64,000 bases of DNA. It comes from an uncultured Planctomycetota bacterium (lineage in GTDB: Bacteria; Planctomycetota; Planctomycetia; Pirellulales; Lacipirellulaceae). The stretch is from assembly GCA_963719315.1 (NCBI GenBank), contig CAVRBU010000002.1:192001-256000 (forward strand), read 5' to 3'. This document shows, piece after piece, positions 32,102 through 43,906 of the stretch. The translations under genes and the position numbers were made by a program. How positions within the stretch are numbered: position 1 is the stretch's first letter; every line of letters starts with the position of its first letter. A model generated the notes under the pieces. The model had not been told where the DNA came from. It saw only the letters and a list, made by a program, of their open reading frames with translations, and made no database searches.

Positions 32102-33169
32102 ATGTCGTCAACATCGTGCAAATACATCGTTCGATTGTTTGCTGTCGGTACAGTGTGGCTGGCAGTTTCGGTGGCTGCGCGGGCCGTTGCGGCGGGCGTT
32201 GCCGATAGAGTGCGTTTGGCTCACGGCAACGAGAATGGTGAAGTTACCGATACAACGCCGCTCGAAGTCACGCTCAACAAAGGTGAATCGAATAGCCGCA
32301 CGGTCGCCGTCAATCAGATCAAAGCGATCCTGTTCGATGGCGAACCGGCGGAATTATCGCAGGCACGCGTGAACGACTCGAATGGCTCATTCGCCAGGGC
32401 GGCGCAGTTGCTCGAGAAAATCGATGCGAGCCAGGTGCACCGCGATCTAATTAAGCAAGATATTGAGTTCTATCAGGCCGCAACCGCGGCGCGACTGGCG
32501 CTGGGCGGCGAGGGCGAAGTCATGGATGCTCGGCGCAAACTCAATGTGTTCGTCCGCAGCTATCCGAATAATTTTCACTATCTTGAAGCCACCGAACTAA
32601 TGGGCGACCTGCTCATGGCCAATGGCCGGTTCGAGAATGCCCAAAAGCAATACGCTGAGCTGGCGAAGGCCCCCTGGCCCGATTACAAGATGCGGGCCGC
32701 GGTCGCGATCGGCCGTTCATTGCAGGCTCAGAATAAGCAGGCCGAGGCCATCCAGCAGTTCGATTCGGCGCTGGCGATGGCCGACGATGGTCCCGACGCT
32801 CAGAACCAGAAGCTGGCCGCCTCGCTCGGCAAGGCCGTCAGTCTCGCCGAAACCGGCAAAACGGATGAGGCGGCTGGCATGATCGAAAAGATCATTCAAG
32901 ATGCCGATCCGCAGCAGCGGGAGTTGCAAGCGCGGGCTTATAACGCGCTGGGTGCTTGTTATGAAAGGGCAAAGCGGAACAAGGACGCGCTAATCGCTTA
33001 CCTCCACGTGGATGTGCTCTACAACACGGTGCCGGAGGCGCACGCCGAGGCACTAGCCCATTTGGTGCCCCTCTGGCACGCACTGGGTCAGGATGAACGC
33101 TCCCGCGAATCGCGCGAACTTCTGCAGCAGCGTTATGCGGGGAGCAGGTGGGCGAAGCAACTGCAATAA
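32102..33169 (+). CDS. Secreted TPR protein
   Basis: Signal-like N-terminus; TPR helices (ARAYNALGACY, AHAEALAHL). Confidence 0.8.
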   Translation: MSSTSCKYIVRLFAVGTVWLAVSVAARAVAAGVADRVRLAHGNENGEVTDTTPLEVTLNKGESNSRTVAVNQIKAILFDGEPAELSQARVNDSNGSFARAAQLLEKIDASQVHRDLIKQDIEFYQAATAARLALGGEGEVMDARRKLNVFVRSYPNNFHYLEATELMGDLLMANGRFENAQKQYAELAKAPWPDYKMRAAVAIGRSLQAQNKQAEAIQQFDSALAMADDGPDAQNQKLAASLGKAVSLAETGKTDEAAGMIEKIIQDADPQQRELQARAYNALGACYERAKRNKDALIAYLHVDVLYNTVPEAHAEALAHLVPLWHALGQDERSRESRELLQQRYAGSRWAKQLQ

Positions 33170-33351
33170 CTGGCGATGGTGATTGATTTGGCGCATCATC
33201 GGCTTTACGGCACAGCCGACCCATCGGTAGACTGTAGCAGAGGTTGCAAGACTTTAGACCGAACGTGGTTGAGGTCTGAATTCTTGCGAAATTCCGCTAC
33301 CGGAATAAAACGCCGGAGTTCAGGCGAATTCCGCTATGTCAGGAGATCGTC

Positions 33352-34242
<891 letters not shown>

Positions 34243-34322
34243 TAGCCGCGGGCTTTCGCCTTTCTTGGAGACTCGTAACGTCTCGAGCCCTGTCACCGCA
34301 CCGCTTCGCCAGCAGCAGGAAT

Positions 34323-34779
34323 ATGCGATACACAAAGCACAAAATGGCGACTGCGGAAATGGACATGACGCCGATGATCGACGTTACGTTCCAACTCATC
34401 GCCTTCTTCATGTTCGTGTTGAATTATACGGAAGTCGATCAGGACCAACGGATCAATCTGCCTTCGAGCGAACTGGCCCGGCCGCCCGAGGTTGCCTACG
34501 AAGAACCGCTCACGATTCAACTGGCTGGGGACGAGAAAATCTACTTCGCCGGCGACGAGTTGACGCCCTCCGGACTAAAGGCCGCATTGCTGCGCGAAGC
34601 CCAGATCATAAAAACCAACCCGAAGAAAAAAGTTTCGGAACGTCACGGTCATCATCCGGGCCGACAAAGCAGCCAAGGCCGGCAAGGTGCAAGAAATCAT
34701 TCAACTGTGCCAACAAGCGGAGTTCGATACCTTCGCGCTCCGCGGAAAACAGAGCGATACTTCGACCCTGATCGAGTGA
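34323..34779 (+). CDS. ExbD/TolR family protein; frameshift near 34640
   Basis: MDMTPMIDVTFQL; removing one A gives VTVIIRADKAAKAGKVQEII...TGA at 34777-34779. Confidence 0.85.
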
Positions 34780-34785
34780 TTGAGA

Positions 34786-35038
34786 TTTGCCACAGAGATT
34801 ACGAAGAAGAAATGAAGAGAGACATCAATCGCATCTAACAAATTGAACCGCCAGGTCGCCAAGAACGCCAAGCATGGCAAAAAGTAGCACCGTATTCTCT
34901 TGGCGACGTTGGCGTTCTTGGCGGTTTAGTTCATTTTGAAAGGAGCTTTTGAATTGAATTCTGAATTCATTAGCTTCGCAATAGCGGTTAGCTGTTCTTG
35001 TAGATCTCTCTGAATCTTCAGCGCACTCTGTTGCAAAT
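34786..35038. repeat. Nested inverted intergenic repeats
   Basis: Outer ATTTGCCACAGAG / CTCTGTTGCAAAT, inner AACCGCCA..CGCCAAG / CTTGGCG..GGCGGTT; the inner family recurs at 55070-55149. Confidence 0.65.
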
Positions 35039-35071
35039 ATATAGAAGCATACTCAGCGGGCTGGCTCGACC

Positions 35072-35560
35072 ATGCGTATTCGCCGCGGTTACACGACGCT
35101 CGATAAGATCGATTTGCAGATGACGCCGATGATCGACATCGTGTTTCAGCTCAATATCTTCTTCATCTTGACGTTCAAAATCGTTCTACCAGAGGGCGAC
35201 TTCAATATCCGAATGCCCTCCGCGGCGGCAGCTCGATCGTTGCAGCAGAGTGAAACTCTGCCAATGACGCTGACGATGAAGGCCGGTTCGAACGGCCAAT
35301 TGGCCGACCTGCGGCTCAACGATCGATCGTTTGGCAACGGCCGCAACGTCTTCGCGAAACTGCATCAGGTCATCCGCGGTCGTGTGAACGACGCCGGCGG
35401 ACCGGGTACAGCGAGCGAATTGGAAGTTGAAATCAACGCCGATTATGACCTTAACTACGAATATGTAATGCGGGCCATTACGGCCGTTACGGGCTACATC
35501 GAAAACGGCGAGCCGCATAAGTTGATTGAGCGCGTGAAGTTTGCGCCGCCGAAAAAATAA
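35072..35560 (+). CDS. ExbD/TolR family protein (second copy)
   Basis: MTPMIDIVFQL, EINADYDLNYEYV. Confidence 0.88.
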   Translation: MRIRRGYTTLDKIDLQMTPMIDIVFQLNIFFILTFKIVLPEGDFNIRMPSAAAARSLQQSETLPMTLTMKAGSNGQLADLRLNDRSFGNGRNVFAKLHQVIRGRVNDAGGPGTASELEVEINADYDLNYEYVMRAITAVTGYIENGEPHKLIERVKFAPPKK

Positions 35561-35625
35561 CTGCTTCATCCCAGCGGCACGAGTCTGTTGCCGGTCATTG
35601 TCGGGCTCGGCTGGGTGGACCCACG

Positions 35626-36564
35626 CTATGCCCGCGGGTGAAACGCATCGTGAACCTTCTTAAGCCGAGAGTGATCGACGTGCGTGTAGATTTGCGTCGT
35701 CGCAATGCTGGCGTGGCCAAGCATCTCCTGGACTTGTCGCAAATCGGCGCCGCCGGCTAAGAGGTGAGTCGCAAAGCTGTGACGTAGCGAATGGGGGCTT
35801 AACTCCATCGGGCAGCCGGCTTGTCTCGCGTAGAGCTTGATCAGCTCCCAGATCCTCTCGCGTCGCAATCGCCCGCCGCGGGATGAGAGTAGCAGGAATT
35901 GTGATGGCGTGCCGCCGCGGTCGGCAAGTTTCGGCCGTTCGTGTTCAACGTAGACCTCGACGGCGGCGACTGCTTTCGCGCCGAGCGGCACGACGCGTTG
36001 CTTGTCGCCCTTGCCGTGACACAGGCAATACCGCTCGGCCAGATGTACGTCGCGCGGTCGCAGAATTGACAATTCGGAAACGCGGCACCCCGTGGCGTAG
36101 AGCAATTCCAGCATCGCCCGATCGCGCCGCCACCAGGGCCGCGGCGGGCGAGGCGCCGTGAGTAGAGCATTGATTTCTGCCTGCGAAAGCACCGTCGGCA
36201 CCCGCTGCCATAGTTTTTGCGTCCCCAAAAGTTCCGCTTGGTTCTCGGTCAGCACGTTTTCGAGCTGTAGGTAGCGAAAAAATACTTTGAGCGACACAAC
36301 GTGGCGGCTGATCGAGGCCGGGGCCAGTTCTTGAGCCGTGAGCCAGGCCGGGTAATCGGACAACTCTGAAATGCTCAGCCCGGCGATCCGCCGGCCGCGG
36401 AGCCACTCGAAAAATCGCCGCAAATCCCGCTCATACGCCGCCACGCTGTTCTCCGCCAGGTGGCATTCGGTACGCAGATATCGCGCAAACGCCTCGCGCC
36501 AGCGGGCAGCGTCCTCTGCCGCCGCCATACGTCGCGGTTTGATTTCTTTGCGATTGCTGGGCAT
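35626..36564 (-). CDS. xerD: Site-specific tyrosine recombinase XerD
   Basis: RDRAMLELLYATGCRVSEL, GKGDKQR, SPHSLRHSFATHLL, LGHASIATTQIYTHV. Confidence 0.88.
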   Translation of the reverse strand: MPSNRKEIKPRRMAAAEDAARWREAFARYLRTECHLAENSVAAYERDLRRFFEWLRGRRIAGLSISELSDYPAWLTAQELAPASISRHVVSLKVFFRYLQLENVLTENQAELLGTQKLWQRVPTVLSQAEINALLTAPRPPRPWWRRDRAMLELLYATGCRVSELSILRPRDVHLAERYCLCHGKGDKQRVVPLGAKAVAAVEVYVEHERPKLADRGGTPSQFLLLSSRGGRLRRERIWELIKLYARQAGCPMELSPHSLRHSFATHLLAGGADLRQVQEMLGHASIATTQIYTHVDHSRLKKVHDAFHPRA

Positions 36565-36682
36565 GTAACCTCTATCGACCGAGAGAATCGTCGCCGCGCG
36601 GCTCCTCTGGGCAGAGACCGGCGGCGTTGGTTATGCTATCGCCGCGTGTTGTGATTGTGCGGATTAGGTAAATCGGTACGCC

Positions 36683-37889
36683 ATGCAACGAGTTGTCATC
36701 GACGAGCCGTATGAGTTCGTGCCGCCCGTTTATTCCGAGTGGTGGCCGAACTTGCTGCGCCTGTACCTCCGGCGCTACCTGCGAACGTCGTACGGTGTTC
36801 ATTCGGTTGAGTGTCGTAAAGTCGAGCGATTGCGGGCGTCCCTTGCCGCCGGCCATAGCATTCTGCTCGCGCCCAATCACTGTCGTATGGGCGACCCGAT
36901 GGTGCTGGGCATCTTGGGGATGGAGGCCGATTGCCACTTGTTTGCGATGGCGAGTTGGCACGTCTTCAAACAAAGCGCTTTCCAAACATTTATGACCCGT
37001 CGCATGGGCGCGTTCAGCGTCCTCCGAGAGGGAAACGACCGGCAAGCCATCGAAACCGCGATCGACATACTGGTTGCCCGCCGGCGGCCGCTGATTGTCT
37101 TCCCCGAAGGCGCCATCACGCGGCACAACGACGTGATCGAAGACGTAATGGACGGGCCCTCGTTCATCGCGCGGCAAGTCGCTAAGCGATTGAAGAAAGA
37201 AAACAAGCCGGGCGGCGTCGTCATTCATCCCGTAGCCACGCGGTATGCCTTTAACGGCGATTTGGCGACCGCCGTTGGACCGGACCTCGATGCGTTGGAG
37301 ACGCTTCTGTCGTGGCAACCGCAACGACATCTATCGCTCGTGAGCCGTATCGGAAAAATCGGGCAGGCGCTACTGGCGCTCAAGGAGATTGAGTTGCTCG
37401 GTACGTGGCGCGGCGGCAATCTCTATGAACGGGCCGAAAAACTAGTCGAGGAAGTTCTTTCCCGCCTGGAATCCGAGTGGCACATCGCGGATTCATCGGG
37501 CAACGCGATGGTCCGCGTGAAGCGGCTAAGAACGGCGATCTTGCCGGACATGATTGCGAACCGCGTCACGCCCGAAGACCGCGCGCCGCTGGCGCGATCT
37601 GGCGGCCGCCTACTACGTGCAACAGATTTCACATTATCCGCGCGATTACATTCTGCGCGATAAGAACCTGCCGGAGCGCATGGTGGAGACGGTCGAGCGG
37701 CTGCAGGAGGATTTCACCGACAAGATGACGATTCACGCACCATTCCACGCGATCATCGAAGTCGGCGAAGCCATCCCGGTAGGCACGCAGCGGACGCGCG
37801 ACGAACTAGGGGACCCGATCATGGCCGAAGTCCGGCGACAGTTGCAGACAATGATCGACAACTTGGCAGCGGAGCGAACACCGGTTTAA
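36683..37889 (+). CDS. PlsC-like acyltransferase; frameshift near 37580
   Basis: NHCRMGD (HX4D), FPEG; continues in ORF 37554-37889. Confidence 0.82.
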
Positions 37890-38132
37890 GCCCAAAGTTA
37901 ACCGCTAACGGACGCCAATAGGTCGGTAACCGGATAGAACAATTGATTGTCTGATTCCTGCGACAATTGACAATTTACTTAAAAGAAGCAAGTTGTAACG
38001 CCAAACGGGCGGACTCATGAACGATTGAAGTTGCTTCATTATCGCGAATATATGCGGTCAACAATTCTCGACACTGGCGGCTCAACGCCGCGGGTGGGTA
38101 AAATAATTTCGCACCAGCATTGGGAGGTTTGT

Positions 38133-39155
38133 ATGACTCAAAGGACTCTGCCGATGACCACGCCGATCACGCCGCTCGCCGAACTTGCCGAAGGTCAAGA
38201 AGCGGATTTCTTTGCGCTGCTTGCTGAAAAGCAGGAAATGAAAACCCGCGATGGCAAGCCGTACCATCGCGTGACGTTCCGCGACGCGCGGCGCGAAGTC
38301 GGCTTCCCGATTTGGTCCGACTCGCCTCTCGCCGATACCTGCCGCGACGAATGGGCGCCGGGCAATTTCTACAAAATGCGGGCCGTGCTGCGACAATCCA
38401 ATTACGGGCCGCAATTGGAAATCAAGAAGATCCGCCTCGTCGAAGACGCCGACCGTAAAGACGGGTTCGACCCGCTGATGTGCCAGCCCACTTCGCGATT
38501 CGATCCAGTCGAGATGTTCGCGGAACTGATGAACTTGGTCGAATCGCAGATCGAGAATAAACCGCTGCGGAAGTTGGTTGCCGATATCCTGGAGCAGAAT
38601 CGCGAGCAACTTCTACTGCTTCCGGCAGCCAAGCGAAATCACCATGCGTACGTGAGTGGCTATCTGGAGCACGTGCTCAACGTGACCCGCACATGCTGCC
38701 ATCTGGCGGAAAAGTACGCTGAGTTGTACAACGACCTCGACCCGCCGCTAAATAAGGACGTAATCGTGGCTGGTGCGGCCCTGCACGATATCGGCAAATT
38801 GCGCGAACTGGAAGTCACTCCCAGCGGCGCCGATTACACGCCGGCGGGCTGCCTCATTGGGCATGTGCTGCAAGGCCGCGACATCGTTCGGGAAGCCGCC
38901 GTCGGACGCAAAATCGATCCGGAGTTGCTTCTCCGCCTGGAGCATGTGATCGTTTCGCATCAACGCCTGCCGGAGTGGGGCGCACCCAAACCCCCAATGA
39001 CGCCAGAAGCGCTCATCGTGCACCACGCCGACGACCTCGACGCGAAGCTGCAGATGATGGTCGGTGCATTGCAAGACGAAACGGCCAACGGGCCGATGAC
39101 CTCCAAGCGGAACGCCCTTAACCAGCAATTCTTCCGCGGCGCCCCGAAAGTTTAG
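38133..39155 (+). CDS. OB-fold + HD-domain 3'-5' exoribonuclease (YhaM/Cbf1-like)
   Basis: PAAKRNHHAYVSGYLEH, LHDIGK, LIGH, HHADDLDAK; GGAGG RBS. Confidence 0.88.
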   Translation: MTQRTLPMTTPITPLAELAEGQEADFFALLAEKQEMKTRDGKPYHRVTFRDARREVGFPIWSDSPLADTCRDEWAPGNFYKMRAVLRQSNYGPQLEIKKIRLVEDADRKDGFDPLMCQPTSRFDPVEMFAELMNLVESQIENKPLRKLVADILEQNREQLLLLPAAKRNHHAYVSGYLEHVLNVTRTCCHLAEKYAELYNDLDPPLNKDVIVAGAALHDIGKLRELEVTPSGADYTPAGCLIGHVLQGRDIVREAAVGRKIDPELLLRLEHVIVSHQRLPEWGAPKPPMTPEALIVHHADDLDAKLQMMVGALQDETANGPMTSKRNALNQQFFRGAPKV

Positions 39156-39167
39156 CAATACCTTTTT

Positions 39168-39468
39168 TGGCCACAGAGGTCAAAGAGAAGAATTCTCCAA
39201 TGACCAAATCACAATGACCAAACAAACACTACGCACAAAAAAATAAGTGCTTGGTCATTGGTCATTCAGTACTTCCAAGTTTCGAGACTGACGAGGAAAT
39301 GAATTGCTGAGGAACGCTGATTCTCACTAATTTCCGCTAATTCCGAATCAGTGGAAATTAGCGAAGATTAGTGTTCCAGCCCTCTTTGTCTGAACTTGGA
39401 ACTACTGTCATTGGTCATTGCTCGTTGCTCATTCGATCTCTCTCTGCCCTCTATGACTCCACGGCAAA
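39168..39468. repeat. Multi-layer nested inverted repeats between convergent genes
   Basis: AATGACC/GGTCATT heptamers; CAGTACTTCCAAGT/ACTTGGAACTACTG; central CACTAATTTCCGCTAAT / ATCAGTGGAAATTAGCG. Confidence 0.65.
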
Positions 39469-40391
39469 CTAATTGTTACTGAGCAGGACTGCCTGCACGA
39501 CACGAGCGTGGCCCGCCAGATCCTTTATGGTCGGGCCGAGTTCAAGCGCTGCCTGCCGGCGAATAAGCTGCTCGACTTCCGCTGCGATCATCGGGCTGAC
39601 TTCGATAGACAGTGCGCCACCCGGTTTGAGCCGCACCGCGGCCTGTTCGATCAGCGGCGCGATTACATCGGTTCCTTTTTCGCCCGCACGGAGAGCAACG
39701 TCCGGTTCATATTCCCGTACATCCGCCGCAAGCTGCTCCATCTCGGCCGTCGAAATGTACGGCGGATTGCTCACGATGCAATCGAACCGTAGTTCGGCCG
39801 GCTCGGCTGAAAATAAATTCGACTCGATAAACCGGATTCGATCCGCCACACCATGCCGCTCAGCATTTCGGCGAGCAACGGCCAGCGCCGCCGGGCTGAT
39901 ATCGATGGCGGTGACTTGCGCCGTCGGCACGTACTTGGCCGCACACACCGCGAGTACCCCGCTGCCGGTGCCAACATCGGCAATGGCGATTGAGCCTGGC
40001 GGCTGGGCGCCGGGGACCAGAGAGAAAGAGCTACCCGCCCGCCGCTTTACGTAATCGAGCAAAGCCACAACCAATAGCTCCGTTTCCGGACGTGGAATCA
40101 AGACATCCGGATTCACTTCGAATTCGAGCGAATAAAATTCGCGGTGTCCGACGAGGTACGCGACGGGCGTGCCGGCCGCGCGGCGCTTGACCAGCTCGCG
40201 AAAGGCCGTCCGCGTTTCTTCCGTCGCCGGATCACCGAAGGCGGCATACAGATCGATTCGCCGACAACCACGGGCGTGCGCAAGAGCACTTCGGCTTCGA
40301 GCCGCGGGTTCTCGGCGGCGTGCTTCCCAAGAAAGTCGATCGTCCACGACAACAAGCGACCGACCGTCCAGGGCTCTTCGGGAGTGGTCAT
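39469..40391 (-). CDS. prmC: Release factor glutamine methyltransferase PrmC; frameshift near 40280
   Basis: VLIPRPETE, DVGTGSG, NPPY; N-terminus MTTPEEPW...EAEVLL in an adjacent frame; downstream of prfA. Confidence 0.9.
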
Positions 40392-40471
40392 GGATATTGA
40401 CTGGAATATCGAAGATGCAATACAAGCCAGGACGAAGAAAGTCTCAAATCTTACATCTCACATCGCCCAAA

Positions 40472-41543
40472 TTAGTCCAGTCCGCCCATTTGGTCCCGAA
40501 GCTGCTGACGATCGTAATCCAAAAGCGCGTCGGTAATCGGCTGCAGGTTGCCGGCAATCACCTGATCGAGATTGTGCACCGTGAGGCCGATTCTGTGGTC
40601 GGTAACGCGATTCTGCGGGAAGTTGTACGTGCGAATCCGCTCGCTGCGGTCGCCCGACCCGACCAGGCTTTTCCGCTCGGCCGCCCGCTTGGCCTGCTCT
40701 TTCTGCAGCTTGAAATCGTAAATCCGGGCTGAGAGTTCGCGTAGCGCTTTGGTTTTATTCTTAAGCTGGCTCTTTTCGTCCTGACATTGAACGACGATTC
40801 CCGTTTCATAGTGCGTGAGCCGCACCGCGGACGCAGTCTTGTTGACGTGCTGGCCGCCTGGGCCGCTCGCGCAGAATGTATCGAGACGGTAATCGTCTGG
40901 CTTGATATCGACTTCGACTTCCTCCGGCTCGGGCAGCACGGCGACCGTCGCGGCCGATGTATGGATTCGGCCCTGCGTTTCGGTATCGGGCACACGCTGC
41001 ACGCGGTGGCCGCCGCTTTCGTATTGCAACTCGCGGTAGGCCCCCTCCCCTTCCAGCGCCAGTACGATTTCCTTGAAGCCGCCGAGTTCCGTGGCGTGGT
41101 GATTGAGAATCTCGGTCTTCCACCCCTTGATACCGGCATGATAGCGATACATTTCGAACAGGTCGCGTGCGAACAGGGCCGCCTCATCGCCGCCCGTACC
41201 GGCGCGGATTTCCATGATTATCCGCGAGCGGTTCGCCTCGTCGCCGCCGACGGTCATGTCCAAAAGCTCGCCCCACAGCGCTTCGCGATCCGCACGAAGC
41301 TGTGGCAGCTCGGCCTCAGCCAGTTCGCGCATCTCGGCGTCTTCGCCCTCGATCATCTGCTGGGCTTCGGCAATCTGGCTATTGATCTGCTTGAACTTGC
41401 GATACTTCTTCGCCAGCTTGCCGAGCGACCCATGTTCGCGGGCAACGGCCGTTATGCGCAGGATTTGACAGCACCTCGGGGTCCATGAGGTCCCTTTCGA
41501 GCTGCTCGAAACGGGTCAGTTTTTGTTCAAGTACATCGCGCAT
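40472..41543 (-). CDS. prfA: Peptide chain release factor 1; frameshift near 41458
   Basis: GGQ, PxT-type (PDT) motif, HRVQRVP; N-terminus [16 protein letters not shown] lies in another frame. Confidence 0.93.
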
Positions 41544-41777
41544 GGAAAAATGTAACCAACACGCTCTGCGTGCCGTCGCAAAGCAACTGCGGAACTCCTA
41601 CCGTAGACAAGTTTCTCCGAAACTTGTCCACCGCGGCGGACATCTCGGGGAAACACAACCTCATGGAACAGAATTCTAACGCACGGCCCAAAGAGAGGCT
41701 ACGGCGACGCTGTAGGTCAGGCTTCAGCCTGACAACTCCTCGCGCACCTGCCAGGCCAAAGAAAGCCTGCTCGACAG

Positions 41778-42008
41778 CTACTTCTTGCCGCGCTTGAGGC
41801 TGGCGTACCCGGCGGCAGCGAACTTATTCTTGAACTTCTCGATCCGCCCAGCCGTATCGACGAACTTCAACTTGCCCGTGTAGAACGGATGGCAAACGTT
41901 GCAGATATCGACTTTCAGTTCTTTGCGCGTGCTGCGCGTGACAAACTTGTTCCCGCAGCCACAGGAGACTTGCGTTTCGTAGTATTCGGGATGGATGCCG
42001 TCTTTCAT
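41778..42008 (-). CDS. rpmE: 50S ribosomal protein L31 (Zn-binding type)
   Basis: [12 protein letters not shown]...[10 protein letters not shown]. Confidence 0.97.
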   Translation of the reverse strand: MKDGIHPEYYETQVSCGCGNKFVTRSTRKELKVDICNVCHPFYTGKLKFVDTAGRIEKFKNKFAAAGYASLKRGKK

Positions 42009-42155
42009 GATCGCCTCGGTCGCTTATGGTTAGCCCTGAAGTTTACCTGGTTCGCTGTCGGACGGCAAGCGAAACCGCTACCTGGTAGTGGGGTCATTTG
42101 AATTAGCACCAATTCAGCAACGGAAACGCAATGTTTCTTGGCGGATTTTGGTCGG

Positions 42156-42551
42156 CTACTTGGCGTCGTCCACTGCCTTCCGCGCCGCCTCGACGCGCTG
42201 CATCTGTTCCTTTCGCTTCGCATACCACGGGGCGAGGTTGCTTTCCTCCCATTTCGACAAAGAGATTATGCGGTCTGTGATTCGTCGCACCTCGTCGCCG
42301 CTATCTTTATTGAGTTCCCTGAGTTCTGGGTAGCGGGCAACTTCCATTGATGATTTCAAAATTTTGTCAATCTTGGCATCCATTTCACCTATCTCCTTCT
42401 CTGCCTTTTGCTTAATGCTTTCCATCTTGGTGTCGATCCAGTCGAGTTGTTTTTGTTCGGCGGTTAGCCTCTTCATGGCATCGCCATATTCATCGCGGCA
42501 GCCAGCCACTACGATGCAAATATAAGTAATCAAGAGAATCAGTTGCTTCAT
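42156..42551 (-). CDS. Hypothetical lipoprotein (coiled coil)
   Basis: MKQLILL...VVAGC lipobox-like N-terminus. Confidence 0.65.
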   Translation of the reverse strand: MKQLILLITYICIVVAGCRDEYGDAMKRLTAEQKQLDWIDTKMESIKQKAEKEIGEMDAKIDKILKSSMEVARYPELRELNKDSGDEVRRITDRIISLSKWEESNLAPWYAKRKEQMQRVEAARKAVDDAK

Positions 42552-42856
42552 GACTGGCCGGTACGTGGAACTGGGATATTAAGCCGAGACTTGTCGTCTT
42601 GGTCAGTAATTGCAAACTCAATCGAGAACTTGTCTGCAAGCTCATCGAATCGTCGCATTGCCGATGCAAGAGACCCAAATGGATCATTGCCACTTCGCGT
42701 GTCAAAAAATCGTTCATTGCATAGTGCACAGCGGCCAGTAGGCAACGAAGACGCATCCTCAACTGTTGTTTCCGTAGTGCGACTGCACTTCTTGCACGTA
42801 ATGCGGATCGTTGTCAGGTCCGCAATTGGTATTCGGCAAATCTGCTCGGCAACCAT
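42548..42856 (-). CDS. Small Zn-ribbon-like hypothetical protein
   Basis: CKKC...CALC; 4-bp overlap with the downstream gene. Confidence 0.55.
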   Translation of the reverse strand: MVAEQICRIPIADLTTIRITCKKCSRTTETTVEDASSLPTGRCALCNERFFDTRSGNDPFGSLASAMRRFDELADKFSIEFAITDQDDKSRLNIPVPRTGQS

Positions 42857-42873
42857 CGCATGCTCCGAATGAA

Positions 42874-42906
42874 AAGACAGTCACCCGATCCGTGGGTGAC
42901 TGTCTT
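42874..42906 (-). terminator. 13-bp-stem hairpin, terminator-like
   Basis: AAGACAGTCACCC-7nt-GGGTGACTGTCTT with a short T run on the minus strand, just after the transposase stump. Confidence 0.5.
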
Positions 42907-42929
42907 ATATTGTAGCCAGTTTTCTGTTA

Positions 42930-43090
42930 TTACTCCAGATAGCGGCCCTTTACCTCGCTGAACAAATCATTGAACTTCCACAGCCGTTTTGTGACACCGG
43001 CCATCATGGCGGGAGTCGGACGCAGCCGGCCAGCCTTACCGCTCCAATCCTGATAGCGTGGACGCCAGCAATTGTTGTAATTGGCGAGGG
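42930..43090 (-). pseudogene. C-terminal remnant of an IS1-family transposase
   Basis: Manual translation LANYNNCWRPRYQDWSGKAGRLRPTPAMMAGVTKRLWKFNDLF...* matches the YN..R...TPAM.AG....W terminus of IS1-family transposases. Confidence 0.7.
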
Positions 43091-43125
43091 GAATCGAACC
43101 CTATTATCGTGCGGGAGGTTCGGTC

Positions 43126-43683
43126 ATGGCCAAGAAAAAACCCAAGCCACTGCCGCTCGACTCGTTTCTGGCGTTTTACAGCGCTCGGGCATTCCAGATG
43201 ACGTCCACGATTCTTGATCGTCAGCCGAACAAGCCATTTTTTATCTGGCCCCTGATTGTGAACGAGACATTCAGCTTGGAGTTACACCTCAAGAGCCTAC
43301 ATCGTATCCGTAGGCGGATCGCGCACGGCCACAATATACGATTTCTATTCGAGTCTTTAAGCATGGCAGATCGAAAGAAAATTGAGTCACACTTTAACGC
43401 GATTGCTGTTCAGCACCCACTTCATGGAGCGGCGATAAAAGATGGCATTCCAATGGACCTTGAATCGGTCCTAACGCGGTCTAGCGACCTATTTCACAAC
43501 GCGCGATATTGGTTTCAGGGACACTTGCCGACCCCAGATTCCAAGGGCCATAGAACCAACGCCGGGATTGGGCCGCTTTCGGACGCGGTAATGCAGTTGA
43601 TACTGGAATTGCGCCCGGACTGGAGGTCGATGATTAAGCAACTCCAGGAACAACCCGTGGGAAGTAGGCCACTGACCACATAG
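43126..43683 (+). CDS. HEPN-like protein
   Basis: VNETFSLELHLKSL...HGHNIRFLFESL...FHNARY pattern; GGAGG RBS. Confidence 0.55.
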   Translation: MAKKKPKPLPLDSFLAFYSARAFQMTSTILDRQPNKPFFIWPLIVNETFSLELHLKSLHRIRRRIAHGHNIRFLFESLSMADRKKIESHFNAIAVQHPLHGAAIKDGIPMDLESVLTRSSDLFHNARYWFQGHLPTPDSKGHRTNAGIGPLSDAVMQLILELRPDWRSMIKQLQEQPVGSRPLTT

Positions 43684-43906
43684 CAGTTTCGTCATTGGCA
43701 AGCACGACACGTCGCGTATCGTCCGATCCCGATGGCCTGTATTCGATAACAAGCCCCCCGCCCTCGACCAAGCCATAATCCTCGAAGGTTCCAAACCGGA
43801 CGATTGTTGAGCCTACGAGACCGTCCGAAACGGACTTGCGCCGACCTGAAATGTCCGGCAACTTGCAAATGATCCGAGCCGTGCGCAGTTGTTCTTTGTC
43901 AGTCAC
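43634..43906 (-). CDS. Hypothetical protein
   Basis: 90-aa ORF, GTG start after GAGGA, inside the cassette. Confidence 0.4.
   Translation of the reverse strand: MTDKEQLRTARIICKLPDISGRRKSVSDGLVGSTIVRFGTFEDYGLVEGGGLVIEYRPSGSDDTRRVVLANDETAMWSVAYFPRVVPGVA

Noticed and set aside
35626..36564. Tyrosine recombinase as an island or prophage integrase
   Set aside because: Size and motifs fit housekeeping XerD; no att repeats or cargo nearby.
41440..41470. RF2-style programmed +1 frameshift in the release factor
   Set aside because: The protein has the RF1 PxT-type motif and the site lacks CTT-TGA with an upstream SD; restoring GC gives [12 protein letters not shown].
43081..43102. tRNA-like T-arm fragment (minus strand GGGTTCGATTCCC) at the break point of the transposase stump
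   Set aside because: Only a 3-bp stem with no acceptor, D or anticodon arms; insufficient for a tRNA or att site.
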